In this document: positions 37,270 to 50,361 of the stretch, piece after piece
How the letters are laid out: the number at the start of each line of letters is the position of its first letter
Numbering within the stretch: position 1 is the stretch's first letter
Assembly (NCBI RefSeq): GCF_009834535.1
Contig: NC_045697.1
Location: forward strand, 7,504,001 to 7,568,000
Direction: 5' to 3'
DNA length: 64,000 nucleotides
Source of the DNA: Camelus ferus
Lineage: Eukaryota
Position numbers and translations under genes: made by a program
Notes under the pieces: generated by a model
Databases searched by the model: none
Seen by the model: only the letters and a program-made list of their open reading frames with translations
Told to the model about the DNA's origin: nothing

Positions 37270-37520
37270 TGTTTAAGCACAGAGTTTGAAGCCAGACTTC
37301 CTGGGTACAAGTCCCAGCTCCTTGACATAAAAGCTGTGCAACTTTGGATAACTTACCTACCCACTCTGTGTCTTGGGTTTCCTCATTTACAAAATGGAGG
37401 TGATGATATTATACACTACATAGATTTATTGTAAATAAAACATATGTTTTTATGTGTAAATTGCTTGGAGAAGGACATGACACAAAGAAAATGCTTAATA
37501 AATTTAGTTATTGTTATTAT
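37270..37520 (+). mobile_element. MIR, near full length
   Basis: gaagccagacttcctgggtacaagtcccagctc...tttcctcatttacaaaatgg...atgcttaataaatttagtta. Confidence 0.85.
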
Positions 37521-37859
37521 TATTGGTAGTAGCAATAATAGTAACGGCAGTATTTTTGCTTAGAGTTGAGATTCAAGAATTAGACTTTGACTTAAATTAT
37601 GGTTGAGATATAGGAAGAATTGGAGTGTGTATTAGGAAAAAGCTAGCTGCTCATACCGAATCCTAATTTCAGTACCTAAGCATAATGAAAGATTAAATCC
37701 TGCTCATACAACTGTTTAGATGTTTCTGATAAAGAGTATCTTTCCTTTGTGCATCTAACCTAGAGTCTGGCCCAAATAAGTGGTCAGTGAGAACTGACTC
37801 CAGTCTCTGTAAGAGGTAATGTTTCCATTTAACATCTGCAGTCTTTCAAACAGTGGTGG

Positions 37860-38297
37860 TGTGCTGGACACTGTAATAAGGTATCCAGAACCTCATTCAG
37901 AAACTAAGAACCAGCTTCAAGGGGAGGCTTCCAACCAACAGCCCTAAGATGTCAACCTTCCCTGGGGACCGCCTTATCTGGAGAGAGCTGCTTGCCCATG
38001 GTCATACTCTCTCCAGGGTAGCTAGCATCTAATGACTGATCAAAACAAGTGTTTAAAGACCTGACCCTCCTACTCCACCATGGAATGACTCATCAGCACT
38101 GTCTCATCTGCAGAACTCCTCACAAGGGTGACCAAGTCTTCCACTGAAACCACATCACAAATTAGCCTGTCCCTCCTCACATCTTTTTATATCCTCTGCC
38201 TTCCACAGGTGTTGATTTCAAGAGGAACTTCAAACCCCCCCCCCCCCGAACCCAAATCTCCATTTCAGAGTCAGCCGCCTGGAGAACCCCACTTACA
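37860..38297 (+). mobile_element. ERV-L LTR (LTR16-like) with a C13 run
   Basis: gagagctgcttgcccatggtcatac...catctaatgactgatcaa...aaatctccatttcagagtcagccgcctggagaaccc. Confidence 0.7.
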
Positions 38298-39746
38298 AAT
38301 GGTTGTACAAAAACTCATTGAACCATTTTGAATAAGAGTCTTGAGAGTCTACACAGTGCCTCAAACTTTTTTTTGTATCTACAGTGTTCACCTCATCATA
38401 AAAGAAGTTTTCTTGAAATAGCTTTTACATGATACACATTTTTATGATTTGCTCCTGATTCCTTTTCCCTTGATAGAAGTTTGTGGAGAATACCTTATTA
38501 CTCTTCAGATACACTCTACATTCACAAAAAGATAGGGTCATGGATGTTTCCATCCCTGATACCATATTGCTTTTCTCAATGCATTGTACTTAGTGAGTGT
38601 ATACTGAATAAATTGGTGACTGACTGTATTAACAAACTAACAGATGAATGAATATAGAGTTCTAACTCACAAAGTTCTTTTTTATCTTGAATGATGTTTT
38701 TTTGAGGTATAAAATTATGCTTAGATGTTGAAATCAAAACACTAAAATAATGAGAATCTGGAGGTTGCCTCACATGCAAGAAATCTTCAGCTATTAGAAA
38801 GTAATAAATTTTTAGAAAATAAATTGGAAAAAGAGAGAATTGGTAGCAATGTCAGACTTAGGAATGCAAGATAGTATAATAAAGCAGCACTTAAGTAAGC
38901 AATTATGCCAAATCACAGAAGGCATTTGGGCTTGGTCCTTGAGAATGCCATTGCATGTTGACCTTTGCATTAGAAGATGTGGCAGCTGACAGACATGCAT
39001 TTGAAGATTATGAATGCTAAGTGGAAAGGCTGGGTTTGTGTTTGAGCTTCCGTAGCAGGGTGCTGCTCCCTTTGAGTGTGTTGAGGGACAGCTGTCTGCA
39101 TTGTGTGTCTAGAAATCCTGGAGGCCATCTGCCATGTTATTCATGTCCACACATCCTCCGCCATGACATCAATGTGACAGCATGAAAACACAAAATTCAG
39201 CCAAGCCTTTCCATGGACTAAAGTCCTTCAAAGATGCCTCATCACTTGTAGGGTACAGTGGAAACTCATTAGCATGGTGTAAAAATGCATCAGAATTTGA
39301 CTCATTTTATTTTGTTATCCAATGGTACCAAACCTCTTATCTTTTCTATTTGTTTTAACTTGGCCAACAGTTCTTCCCATTCCTTCCAGTAAAAACTACT
39401 TATATTTCCTTTGGGAAAAGGAACCACCCATTTAATGTGGTTTCTTGGAGATTATCACTCTCAACGTCCTGCCTGTCCCACCACCAAGATAAGCATGAGG
39501 TCTAGGGAAGCCGCAGGGCTTCATTCAAAGTGGGTGCATGAGGGCCAAAGTCCTCAGTGAAAACTAATACATGGTTCTGTGAAACAGACAATCCTTCTTC
39601 TTCTAGCTTGGCAACCACAGGCTTAGAAGTACAAATTGTATTTTTCATCAGGTGAAGTAATCCTGCCTGTTTGAGAATAATTCCAAAATAGTGAGAGGAG
39701 AGGCAAGAAAGAGAAAGGGAGGGGGTAATGAGAGACAGAGAGAAAG

Positions 39747-39794
<48 letters not shown>

Positions 39795-39804
39795 CATACA
39801 TACA

Positions 39805-39838
<34 letters not shown>

Positions 39839-39880
39839 CACACATACACACATACACACATACATACATGCACACACACA
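39747..39880. repeat. Compound microsatellite (GATA)12(CATA)10 followed by degenerate (CA)n
   Basis: Counted directly: GATA at 39747-39794 and CATA at 39795-39834. Confidence 0.95.
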
Positions 39881-40842
39881 AACATAGAAGGAATCTCTGA
39901 CAATATTGCACGAGCCCCTGGATACATCATGCCTAAAAGGAGATTCTCCCTCAGTTGTCCTTGAATATCATTCAGTAAAATGAATTGTAAGCTAAATCCG
40001 GTTTAGCTTTCTTTCAGACATTAGAAACTGTATGAGGCATAGCATGCTTTATAACGTTAATTGTCCCAGGGAAATGTACCATCTACCTGCCCTGCCTGGA
40101 ATGCTCTTTCAGACTGACTATTTGACCAACTTCTCTCCATTCTTCAAAACTCAAATAAAATGTCAACATGTCTGAGAAAGCCTTTCCTTCCCCTTCCGGC
40201 TCTCCATTTAAGCTGTGAGCTAATCCTTCCCTCTTTAGCGCTACCCCTGTCTTGTGGTTACTGTTTTACTGGCCACATTAAAAGGCAGCAGTGGTATCTT
40301 TGCTTATGTGTCAGTTTTTCCCATTTATTTGGAAACTCTTGTTAAGTGAAAGTTGTGACATTTTTTCATACTATCATTTTTATTCCTACAGCCTGGCAGA
40401 AAGAAGATGTTTATTAAAGGCTCAATGATTTAAACCCTGGACTCTAGTAAGTTGTGTGTTAATTTATATTTATATCTACATTTATAATTTATATTCATAT
40501 TAGATCTCACACAGCTACCTACCAGGTGCAACAATGCTTGCAAAGCACCATATGTGCATAATGTGCACTATGTTTTGGGCGTGAGTACCGCTATTTATTT
40601 TGAAAATAAATTGAATGAGGATCAGAGGGGTTATGCAATTTTCCAAGTTTCCAGGATTCAAAATCAAAGTGTCCAGTGTTAGTCCTGGCTCGTCATAGTT
40701 GTACAGTTGTGAATTTCATATGAGCAGGATCCCTCAAGATTTAGCCAGGATAACCAGCACACGGGGAACCTACCTCAATAGTGCCAGGTGGCACACGTCT
40801 TGGTGGCCCAGGAGCAGGATTAACTCTGTCTGGGAGTATGGA

Positions 40843-41455
40843 GTGTATCTATTATTTTTTATTGCTTTGAAACAAGTTATCAGAAATTTAGCAGCTTACA
40901 ACAGCACCATTCATTATTTCATAGCTTGGAAGTTGAATCAAGTCTAAACTAGGTTCTCTGCTCTGGGTCTTACACTCAAGGTGTTGACTGGTTTCATTCA
41001 TATGTGGAGGCTCTGGAAAAGAATCTGCTTCTAAACTCAGTTGTTGGCAGAACCCGGCTTCTTACAGACGTGAAACTGCAGTCTAAGCATTCTTGTTGGC
41101 CCTTGAATGAAGGTCACTTCCAACTTCTAAAGAGCATTCTCCATATTTACAACATAATTCTCTTCATCTTCAAAGTCAGGAGTGAATTATCTTCCCCTTG
41201 TCAGATCCTGCTCCCCTTTCAAATATCTTCTTTTCCTGGGGGATTCCTGTCTCTTTGACAGCTTCTCCTGATTAGATTGGGCCCACCAAAGATAATCTCC
41301 TTATCTTAAAATCAACTGATTTGGGAACTTAATTACATCTGTAAAATCCCTTCACAGCAGCACTTAGATTCCTGCCTGATTAAGTAACTGGGAGAGGGTA
41401 TGTATACCCTAGGGTTTGGGAATCTCAGGGAGCATCTTAGAATTCTCCTTATGGG
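40843..41455 (-). mobile_element. MaLR LTR (MLT1E/F-like)
   Basis: gattagattgggcccacc...gataatctccttatcttaaaatcaactgatttgggaacttaattacatctgtaaaatcccttcacagcagcac. Confidence 0.8.
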
Positions 41456-42884
41456 GTGGTGCATCTTTTTATGAGAATAGGACTTATACTTCCCTATTAA
41501 TATCTTTCTGCTGTGGAATCTCTTCCACGACCCATGATTCCTCAAAAAACACTCAGTATCTGCAGTTTCTCTTAGTGCTCACTGGGGAGGCTAGATAATA
41601 TAAACGCAAGTCCTGCTTCACCATCAGACCCTGGCATCAGACTGTGACCAGAAATGAGTGTTCTCTTTTGAGTGGTAGACAGGGGTACATAAAAAGTGAT
41701 CAGATTTTGATGATCTGAAAAAAACAAAACAAAACAAAACAAGATCATTAGTAGGTGAAGGAAATGTAGGTGTTTAGCCTTGAAAAGAAAAAGTGAATTA
41801 GGACTTTAGAAGGCATGACCGTGAAATTGAAAGATAAGACAACAGATCTCAGGGATTTGTTTCCCAGCAATTACCTCTGTTAACACATGGCCTTCTTCCC
41901 ACAGGGAGGAACATTCTTTCTGGAGTTATTGAAATAAAGTGGAAACCGCAAAATCATGTCACATCATCTTTTTGCCACTCACCCTAGTATAGTTCAAAAA
42001 GTGATCTTACTACTTAACGAGGCACAAGTCCTTCCCCAGTCCACCATGAAACCGAAATCCAGTGATACTTCTGAGTATATCTACTTCCTACAACACTAAC
42101 ATGTAGTAAGGATGAAACACAAGTGTTTGTGCATGTGAATTGATTAATTTTATCATTTTGAACAATACATAGATTTCAGAGGCAAACTGCCTTCTTAGCT
42201 GTTTCATTATTTTCAATTATTCTTTTGATCATCCTCTGACTATTTATATAGCTTTTTAGGCTTAAACTACCTTTTTCAATCCACATAGTTTCCACAAATA
42301 TTCTGCCTCCTACTTAATACACATTAGGCAGCTCCAAAAAGATTCTGAAAACAACTTCACTTTGATTAACATTGCTAATGAAAAATGCTGATTTGACTCA
42401 GCAGCATGACAGCAAATGGTGTTACAGAAATTTCCAAGGAGAGTAAAGTGAAAAAATGCAAAAGTTACTCGTCTCCACCATGGTGAGAATTCTAATTTCG
42501 CGTGTATACTTCTGATCCCTTTGGCTTTGGTTGCTAATTTGATTATACTTTTGTTCCATCAATTTAGGGACATAGATGAGTGAAAAGTAGGTTCACTTAA
42601 TTTGCACAAGATCAAAAGGATAGATGCTTAGAAGTAATAATATGATTCTACCTTGAACTCCTTACAGTTTCGTAAATGAGCTGAATATAGATTCATATAT
42701 ATAGAAATGTATATACAAGATTTATGATATAAATATATATATGCGCATGTACATATATATTTTATATATTATTTATCTGTCTATATCTGTATTCAGAACA
42801 AGCCAAGCAAGTGCCTGGCCTGGCCAGACTATCGTAGCAACTTGAGTTAATACCTAATGATTTTTTGCAGAACGATGATGGCTT

Positions 42885-43330
42885 AACATGAGTATCTTAT
42901 CTTGAGTTTCCCTGTAGTAAGAGGCTAAGGCAAAATTTCAAGTGTAAGTTGTTGATTTAGGAATTGAGGAAAACTTTATCAGGTAAATGAGTATGTACAC
43001 AATGAAAAGGAAGACATGTTTTCAGGGTGTACTCTTAGGCTACCTTCAATGTGGGTGACTAACTAGAGTCTCATCCTGCTAGTGAAGAACACATACCTTG
43101 GAGTTATCCTACCTGAGGATCAAGAGAATCAAAGTAGCTATGCACCAACTCCCATCAATATATGAGTGAAGGTTCCCCCAGGAGACAAGATGGGTTAAGT
43201 CCCCACAGACACCAGAAACCAGAAAAAACTCTCAGGCAAAAAATATAAGAGCTGGTATTTGGAGGTCAGGCAGGTGTTGGTGCTGAAGCAGTAAGGGCAC
43301 TTCAGTGTGAGCAGAACACCAAAATCAGGA
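42885..43330 (-). mobile_element. ERV-L LTR (LTR33-like)
   Basis: aggcaaaatttcaagtgtaagttgttgatttagga...gagttatcctacctgagg...atgcaccaactccc. Confidence 0.55.
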
Positions 43331-45349
43331 AGAGCCAGCGAGTGAGTTCAATCCAACATTATGTTATCGTGAAAATAATCAGGTGCTGGGAAAACGTATC
43401 CAAAGTGCTACCAGTAAGCTTGTACCTAAGAGCTGAGAGTCAAGACAGAAGAAGAACGATGGGACAGTGACCAGAAAGGAGCAGCCAGGGCTTTTGCTGT
43501 CTCTGGTCATCTATATCTCTTCCTGAATGGCCAAATATCATTTGAACAAGCATGGCTGAGATAGCAAAATAATTTTTGAGGAGGCAGATGGGGCCACTTC
43601 ATGGACTCCTACTGCTCCCTGACCAGTGCAGCCCACCTCCCTGGAGTGTAGATTGCCCTGATAGTTTCCATTTGAATGGTCTGCCCAAGGGTGAATGTTG
43701 TCCTTTCGCTTTCGCTGCTCTCACTTGCACTAAATTCGTTTTTCTCTCAATGACCAAAGCAAACTGCATTTGCTCTTCTTGTTATCACTGTTTCCTGGGT
43801 TCCTACGTGCTTCCTTCTTTGTCTCCCAGGAGATCTGTGAGGTCCTCAATGGCTAGAACGTTTGTGGGAATCCTTTGTTTACACATGAGGGGCACTCAGG
43901 CATCTTACATCAGAATCCCATTTGCTCTCTTACTCTCTTGTCGGGTAAAGAGTACGGAGCAGCTCGGACAGAACTCTGCTGTGGATGCTTGACCCAGACA
44001 TTGGGGGTGAGTCCCACCTCATCTGATGCTGGGATCTGTAGAGAAATGGACAAATATTAAGCCAACACCTGAAGGTTAGAGCCAGATCTGGCTGTCCTGA
44101 TGGGGGTCCTGTGTTTTTTTCATTCACTGAGCAAATATTATTGTGAGCCTTCTCTGATCTCACCAAGCACTGGGGATTTAAGATATAAAAACAGTATTGA
44201 AGGAGAGGTTCAAACAGAGAGTTAACACAAACAAGTTTAAATAGGGGCCATGGTAGGGGTGAGTAGAAATACAGTAGTGCGTACTATAAGGGTGACAGAG
44301 GCCAGGAATGTGTGGCTTTAATGGCTGTTCCACATTCTCATCCAAGCAGTGAGCACTATGCAGTCATTCCTTGAGTCAGGAAACTCCCCTCCCCTCCCCC
44401 TGAACCTGATAACAAGTATTAAGAATTCAGAAACCTGATGTTAGCTATGTGTAGACCAAATGTTCAATCATAACGAAATCTTGCAGGCAAGAAAAGAGGC
44501 AAAAATGTTTTATCCCATAGCACCCCTTCTCCGCATACTACTTTCACTAATTTTTCATCCTTTGTGTGCAGCGCTGGCTCTGACATTATCTCCTCAATGA
44601 TGGATAGCATCCAAAACCTCAGTATTTGAGAATTATTTCTTTTGGAACGATTCTGCTACTTCTCTATCTTTCTGGTCTGTAATGTTTTATGTATCTGTGA
44701 TGACAGCCGAGATACTCTTGAAGTGTGAAATCCAGGTATCATGAGGTCTTTCATCAATTTGGATTAGGCTCAGCCACAGAGACAGGAAAGCCAAAACGAA
44801 ACTGGTTTAAATAGGCTCAAATGTGCCTCTTCTTAGAGTCTGAAGCTAACGATGCAAAGTTAGTGCGGTGGCTCCATTCTTTCTATCTGAAGGTTCTACC
44901 TTCAGATGCTACCATTTTTAAGGTAGCTTCAGAATCCAACATGGACACTGGAGCCACATCCATTAAGACTACATTTTAGTCAACATGAAGGTAAAAAGAA
45001 CACACAGCCGGCTCTCTCTCTTCAAGAATACATTTCACAAGGTGCATTCACCACAGTCCACATACATTCTGTTGGCCAGAACTTGGTCACAGAATCAAAT
45101 CTGTGAAAAGATATGACTAGTTGAAAGGAAGGATGAAAATCTGGTCTATTTTGTGGATTATCATGTGCCTATCTAAAAAAAAATGTGTGCTTTATCTGTA
45201 AGGCAGAAGTGAGTCTGCAAAGCTTGTAGTCTCAGCCCCATTTCCAACACACAATAGAAAAATTCCCAGTTAAAATACACCAGATTAAAGTAAGTTTTAC
45301 TCTTCTCTTCTATCTTGACATAGAGGAAGGGGAAAATATCAACTAATTC

Positions 45350-46265
45350 AGTGTGCAAAACTTAATAAAACTAAAACAAATAACCCAGTAATAAATGGGT
45401 AAATGATGCAAACAGATACTTTACCAAAGAAAGTATGTGGCAGGCAAAGAAGTACATGGATATATGTTTAATATAATTAGTCATTAGGAAAATGCAAATT
45501 AAAAACACAGTGAGATACCATATAATCATATCAGAATGGCAAAACAAAACAAAAATAAAAACCTGACAATCTCAAATCTCAGATGGTGGCAAGGATATGG
45601 ATCAATTAGAATTCTCACACATTACTGATACAGATGCAAAATGGGACAGTCACTTTGGGAGTTAAAGTGGCAGTTTCTTCTCAAGGAAAACATACATTTT
45701 TTTTATGCAACCCAGAATTTATGTCCTTAGGTGGAATCTAAATGAAATAAAAACTTATGTTCATATAAAAACTTGCACAAGAATGTTTATAGAATATTTA
45801 TTCATAATCACCAAAATATGGAAATAAACCAAACGGCACTCAGCTGGTGTCTTAATTAAAAAATAAATAAATAGACTCTGGTATACTCATGCAAGAAAAT
45901 AAAAAATTACTTATACAAGCAAAAAAATAAAATAAAACAAATAAATCTCAAAGGTGCTATGGCAGATGAAAAAAACCAGTCCCAACCGGCTACATGCTGT
46001 GTAATTTGCTTTATATGACATGGTGGAAATAGTACCACTGCTTCAGAAACTGAAGCAGTCATTTCCAGGAGCTGTGCATTGAAGAGGATTTGACACACAC
46101 AAAAGGGACTAGGAATTGTTGTGTGTGTGATGGACATGTTCTATGCCTTGATTGCGATAGTGGTTACAAGCTCATATATGCTGGTCAAAACTCAGAGAAC
46201 TGTAAACAACACTCTCCAAATTGTACTATATGTAATTATATATAATTGTATATTAAGTAAAAATG
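45350..46265 (+). mobile_element. Old L1 3' end (L1MC/ME-like)
   Basis: gtcattaggaaaatgcaaattaaaaacacagtgagatacca...acttgcacaagaatgtttatag...gtcaaaactcagagaactgta. Confidence 0.85.
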
Positions 46266-48806
46266 TAAAATAAAAAATAAAATCAGCTTTGGGGAAAAGT
46301 TAGATTAAGGGTGTTACCATAACACCCCAAATTTCTCAAATGGTTAAGTGTACCGTATCATGGCAAAAATCAGATTAAGTGTATTCTGACCCAGTACACT
46401 TTTCTATTAGATAAAAATCACTCAGGACAATAATCAAATTAAGATCAGAGACCAAAAAGAGTTACTTTGCAGAAATTGTATGTCAACAGAGAAAAAAAGA
46501 GGGAAAAGGGGGTGAGAGAAAGAGAGAGAGGGGGGAGTAGGGAAAAAAGATCTGGTGAAAAATCAATAAAATATAGCAGAGCCAAGAATTTTTCCTTTAA
46601 AAAGGACAATCTGGTAGCAGTTACTGGAGAATGAACTGACTGGAGTCGAACATAGAAGTCTATTATTTTTTTAAAAGAAAGTTGTACTGGCAAGCTCCAA
46701 GAAACCTAGACTAAGATTTCTGATCAAACTTAGTTCTTTAGCCCTGAGAATTCTTTGTGCAGGAGGGAAATGGAAAAAAGCAGTACAGTTCAAGGGAGAC
46801 AGATTCTCTAAAACTCTCTTCAAATGTAGCCGAGGAAGACAATGGAAAACAAGCACACCAAGAAGATGGAGCTAAGGACCATGAAGAATAGAAGATGACC
46901 TTCCCAAAGGACACCACTGTAACATAATGAAGAATGAAGACCACACCAGGAGTGGAGGGAACGCACAGTGTCTGCCCAACGGAAACTGACAGTTCCTCAA
47001 CACCAGTAACTAGAAGGTGTCGTCCATTTATCCTTTCTCTGTTCTATGTTCGGGGCCTGGGGTTAATAACCAGGCTTTGCTCATAGTTCTCTGGACAAAG
47101 TGAAGACTTTCTGGACTGAAAGTAGCAATGGTTGCATTATTTAGAGATTCCAGACTTTGACCAGAATGAGCTTATTGACTTGAACTTGGAACTTGACTTG
47201 CCTCCCTTTGGAAAAGGATGGCTATGCTTTTGAGTTGGGGAAGAAGTGAATAAAGGAATGTTTGACCAGAAGAACAATCTGTGCCAGAGACATAACCCTA
47301 AACACACATTCTGTCCTCTTACCCACGTTTTCCAGCCTCTTTGTAGTGAGACAGGACTACGTGACTACAGCAGATCAGTAGGCTTAGAGTTGGGTGAGAG
47401 TGTGTTCAAAGCACATAAGAGCCCTAGTTCATGGTCATATAGCTGTCTTTCCCTCCATCACGGAACCCCAGAAGTCACTGCACCCCAGTTAACACAGTTA
47501 CAAAGTGATAAGTCATATGTCAGCTGGTCCCTGAGTGAATGGAGCAGAACCAAACCTCCCCTCTCTTCACTAATATTGGCAAGCAATGGATATGCAATGT
47601 AATGAAAATAAGCTTTAATTGCAATAAGCCACCAGAGCAATGTCTAGTGATTCTAACTAAAACACCTTGAAAACTCCAAAATCATCGTGTCCCACAATGC
47701 GTTAATATTAGAAAATAAATTACAGCTTTCTTGAAAGTGCATCTAGACTGAAGAGGTCTTCCAACTAGAGAGGCATATTTTATTCAAAATTTTTATTGAA
47801 TGCAAGACATCTCTACTTGATAATTGAGTTGATTATATGACCACAGGTTTTGTGATCATACTTATGTCCCCTTCACTAAAAAGAAAAAAATTTGACTACT
47901 ACAACTGACTTTGATGTCTCTGTTGCCTGTGTATCTCTGGATTTTTTCTCTAGTGCTCATTTGTTACTTAATCACATTAAAGCCTTCTACAGTTTATCTT
48001 TATTCTGAAAATAAGGGTAGTTTGTCTTTGTCCTACTGAGACTGAAAACTCTTTGAAGTGAGACCCATTTCAACATGACCCATATAGGAAGATGTTCCAC
48101 CTAAGTCAGGAAGAATTTCACCGTGACAAATACGTGGAAAGTGGTTCTGTGTTGCCTAATGGAAGTGAAACAAAGGGTAGGTAGCTCTTCAAAGGCATAT
48201 TTAACAAATATTTATTGAGCACTTGTAATTTCTACCCCCTTTTGTTTTGGGGGAGTGTGTTCAAGCTGCACACGGGTGGTGAGCTCTTTCTTAAATACAT
48301 CTGGTTTTAGCTGTAAAATCTGAGACAGATTTTTACTAATCAGTTTCCTGGGGAAAAAAAATAAAAATTCATCCCAGAAAAGAAATCTAAATACTTATCA
48401 TATCACACCTCTGGCTTGATTTAATGCATTCAAGAATGCAAAATTCTCATCTGCTATTTAAATATGCTGAGAATTCATGAGAATTTGCCACCTATAATTT
48501 GAACTGATTAACCTCATGAGCTCTGAGAAAACAGATTGAGTTTCCTCTAATATAAAGCCACAAGGAGAGAATACAAATTAAAAAGACAGCTGATTCAAGG
48601 AGACATCATTTACTTATGCAACCCACAGAAAGAAAGATGAAATAAGCTATCATTGAGTGAGCATTTACTGTGTGTCAGAAACTGTGCTGATAACATCACA
48701 AACAATAATTTATCATTCAAATAATCCCACAAGGTAAATAATACTATTGTCATATTTAATCAATTTAACTAAGGAAAGTTTGCATGTAATACAATGTACC
48801 TCATCA

Positions 48807-49008
48807 GATTTTGGATTCATCAAGACTTCACAATCTTGTGAGCCAATTCCTTAAAATCTTTCTCTCTCTCTCTCTGTCTCTCTCCCTTTCTCTTTTTCTC
48901 TTTACACACACACACACACACCCCTATACACACACACACACCTATATATAAGTGTATGCACACACAATATGCTATTGGTTCTTTTTCTCTGGGGAACTCT
49001 GACTAATG
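48807..49008 (+). mobile_element. MLT2-type (ERV-L) LTR 3' part with a CT/CA microsatellite
   Basis: cacaatcttgtgagccaattccttaaa...(ct)n(ca)n...ctattggttctttttctctggggaactctgactaat. Confidence 0.8.
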
Positions 49009-49197
49009 AAGGTTTGGTACTGAGAAGTGGTTTGCTGCTGTAACAACTATCTACATATATGGAAATGACTCTGGAACAGGGCAATGGCTGAAAACGTTTT
49101 GAAATACACATTAGAAAAAGCCTAGGTTGTCTTAAAGAGGTTGTTGATAGAAATATGGACATTCTGATGAGTACCAGGTGAAAATGAGGACCATGCT
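49009..49197 (+). mobile_element. MaLR-internal-like 5' sequence with a PBS-like motif
   Basis: tggtactgagaagtggtttgctgctgtaacaac...tagaaaaagcctag...agaaatatggac resembles the recalled MLT1-int start. Confidence 0.6.
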
Positions 49198-49199
49198 CT

Positions 49200-49650
49200 C
49201 AGAAACACCAGATGGGCCCACTGTGAGTAAGACCTGACCAGCCACCTGACTGACGGGAGCCCCACCTTGACTGGCAGGACACAGAGCTGTCTTGGGCCCA
49301 CAGGCAGTAACATGATTGCAGAGCCAGTGTCTAATATATGTCTCCCTAAGTCCAGAAATTTTTTTTATATTTTGTTTTAAATGCACGGTCATTCCAGTTA
49401 ATGGCCACAGATCCCTTAGGGGAAAGTTCAGAGGATGCTTTAAGTTGTTTAATAGTGGCAATGGTGCAGAATTCTTCCTTAAGCTGAGTTATCCTCTCCT
49501 TAACTCAAGGGTGGTGGTGTTCGCCGTTTGTTGTTGTTCGTTTGACTGTGAATTGACTTCTGTGCAACTAGGTCAGATTTTGTGACTTTCTGCTATGGAA
49601 GTTCAGTCATGCTGGGCTACTAGATCTAGAGTTTTTTTCTCATTTTTAGA
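49200..49650 (-). mobile_element. ERV-L internal gag/pro relic
   Basis: The minus strand encodes RDLWPLTGMTVH, then a frameshifted LDTGS aspartic-protease motif (49320-49334), then QVLLTVGP. This resembles ERV-L protease. Confidence 0.75.
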
Positions 49651-50246
49651 TCAAGAAACAGTCTAGTAGGCTATTAGGCTGCCTTGAAGGTGACGCATGC
49701 ATCGCTTACGAGTTTACTGAGATGTCATACAAATGAGATTTGTTGTGTATTTTCCCTCAGGAGCAGGGGGAAGCTTTCTACAGGAAAGCTCTGCTCTGAC
49801 GACCACTGGGCACTAGTCAAAAGAACTGCACACTCTGCAGGAGACCAGCAAGATGAACACACTGGGACCATTTTCTGGTCTCTTTATTAATATTTACTCA
49901 TCAAGCCTAATATTAAGCAGATGAAGTAAATTTTCAAAGTCATGCAGGAGTCAAAACAGTTTTTTTTTTTTTCTTAATCCCTAATCCAGCTTTTAAAAAA
50001 AATTCTAACCCATTTCCATGAAACAGTTCAGGGAAGACATACTCAGAAGAAATAAATTATGTCGTTTCCCTTTGGACAGTGGAATCACTTAGTGAAACCT
50101 CACAAATGTACATGGTGGACGTTAAGTCGGGCAGAACCTAGCGAAATCATGAAGTATGAGAGGCATTTCTTTTGTATCTCTCTATTTCTCTTTCTTTAAT
50201 TATTCCCCATTCCCCTAATCACAGCCTGTGCAAGAACTCAACTTTC

Positions 50247-50361
50247 ACATAAATCTTACATAAATCTTAGCAATGTTCTCCTAGGGCGGTCTACCCAGGC
50301 AATTAAAATAAAAGCAAAAATAAACAAATGGAACCTAATTAAAGTTTTAAGCTTTTGCACA
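50247..50361 (+). mobile_element. Isolated internal L1 ORF2 fragment of about 115 bp
   Basis: gcaatgttctcctaggg...aaaataaaagcaaaaataaacaaatggaacctaattaaa...agcttttgcaca (IKAKINKWNLIK-like); no poly(A). Confidence 0.75.

Noticed and set aside
38235..38247. C13 run as a functional G-quadruplex
   Set aside because: It is a homopolymer expansion within an old LTR, with no supporting context.
39502..39930. Three overlapping ORFs with YLSI/MYVC repeats
   Set aside because: These are translations of the GATA/CATA microsatellite.
49740..49930. Strong splice acceptor tattttccctcag followed by an open frame
   Set aside because: No good donor and no recognisable peptide; such acceptors occur by chance in 64 kb.
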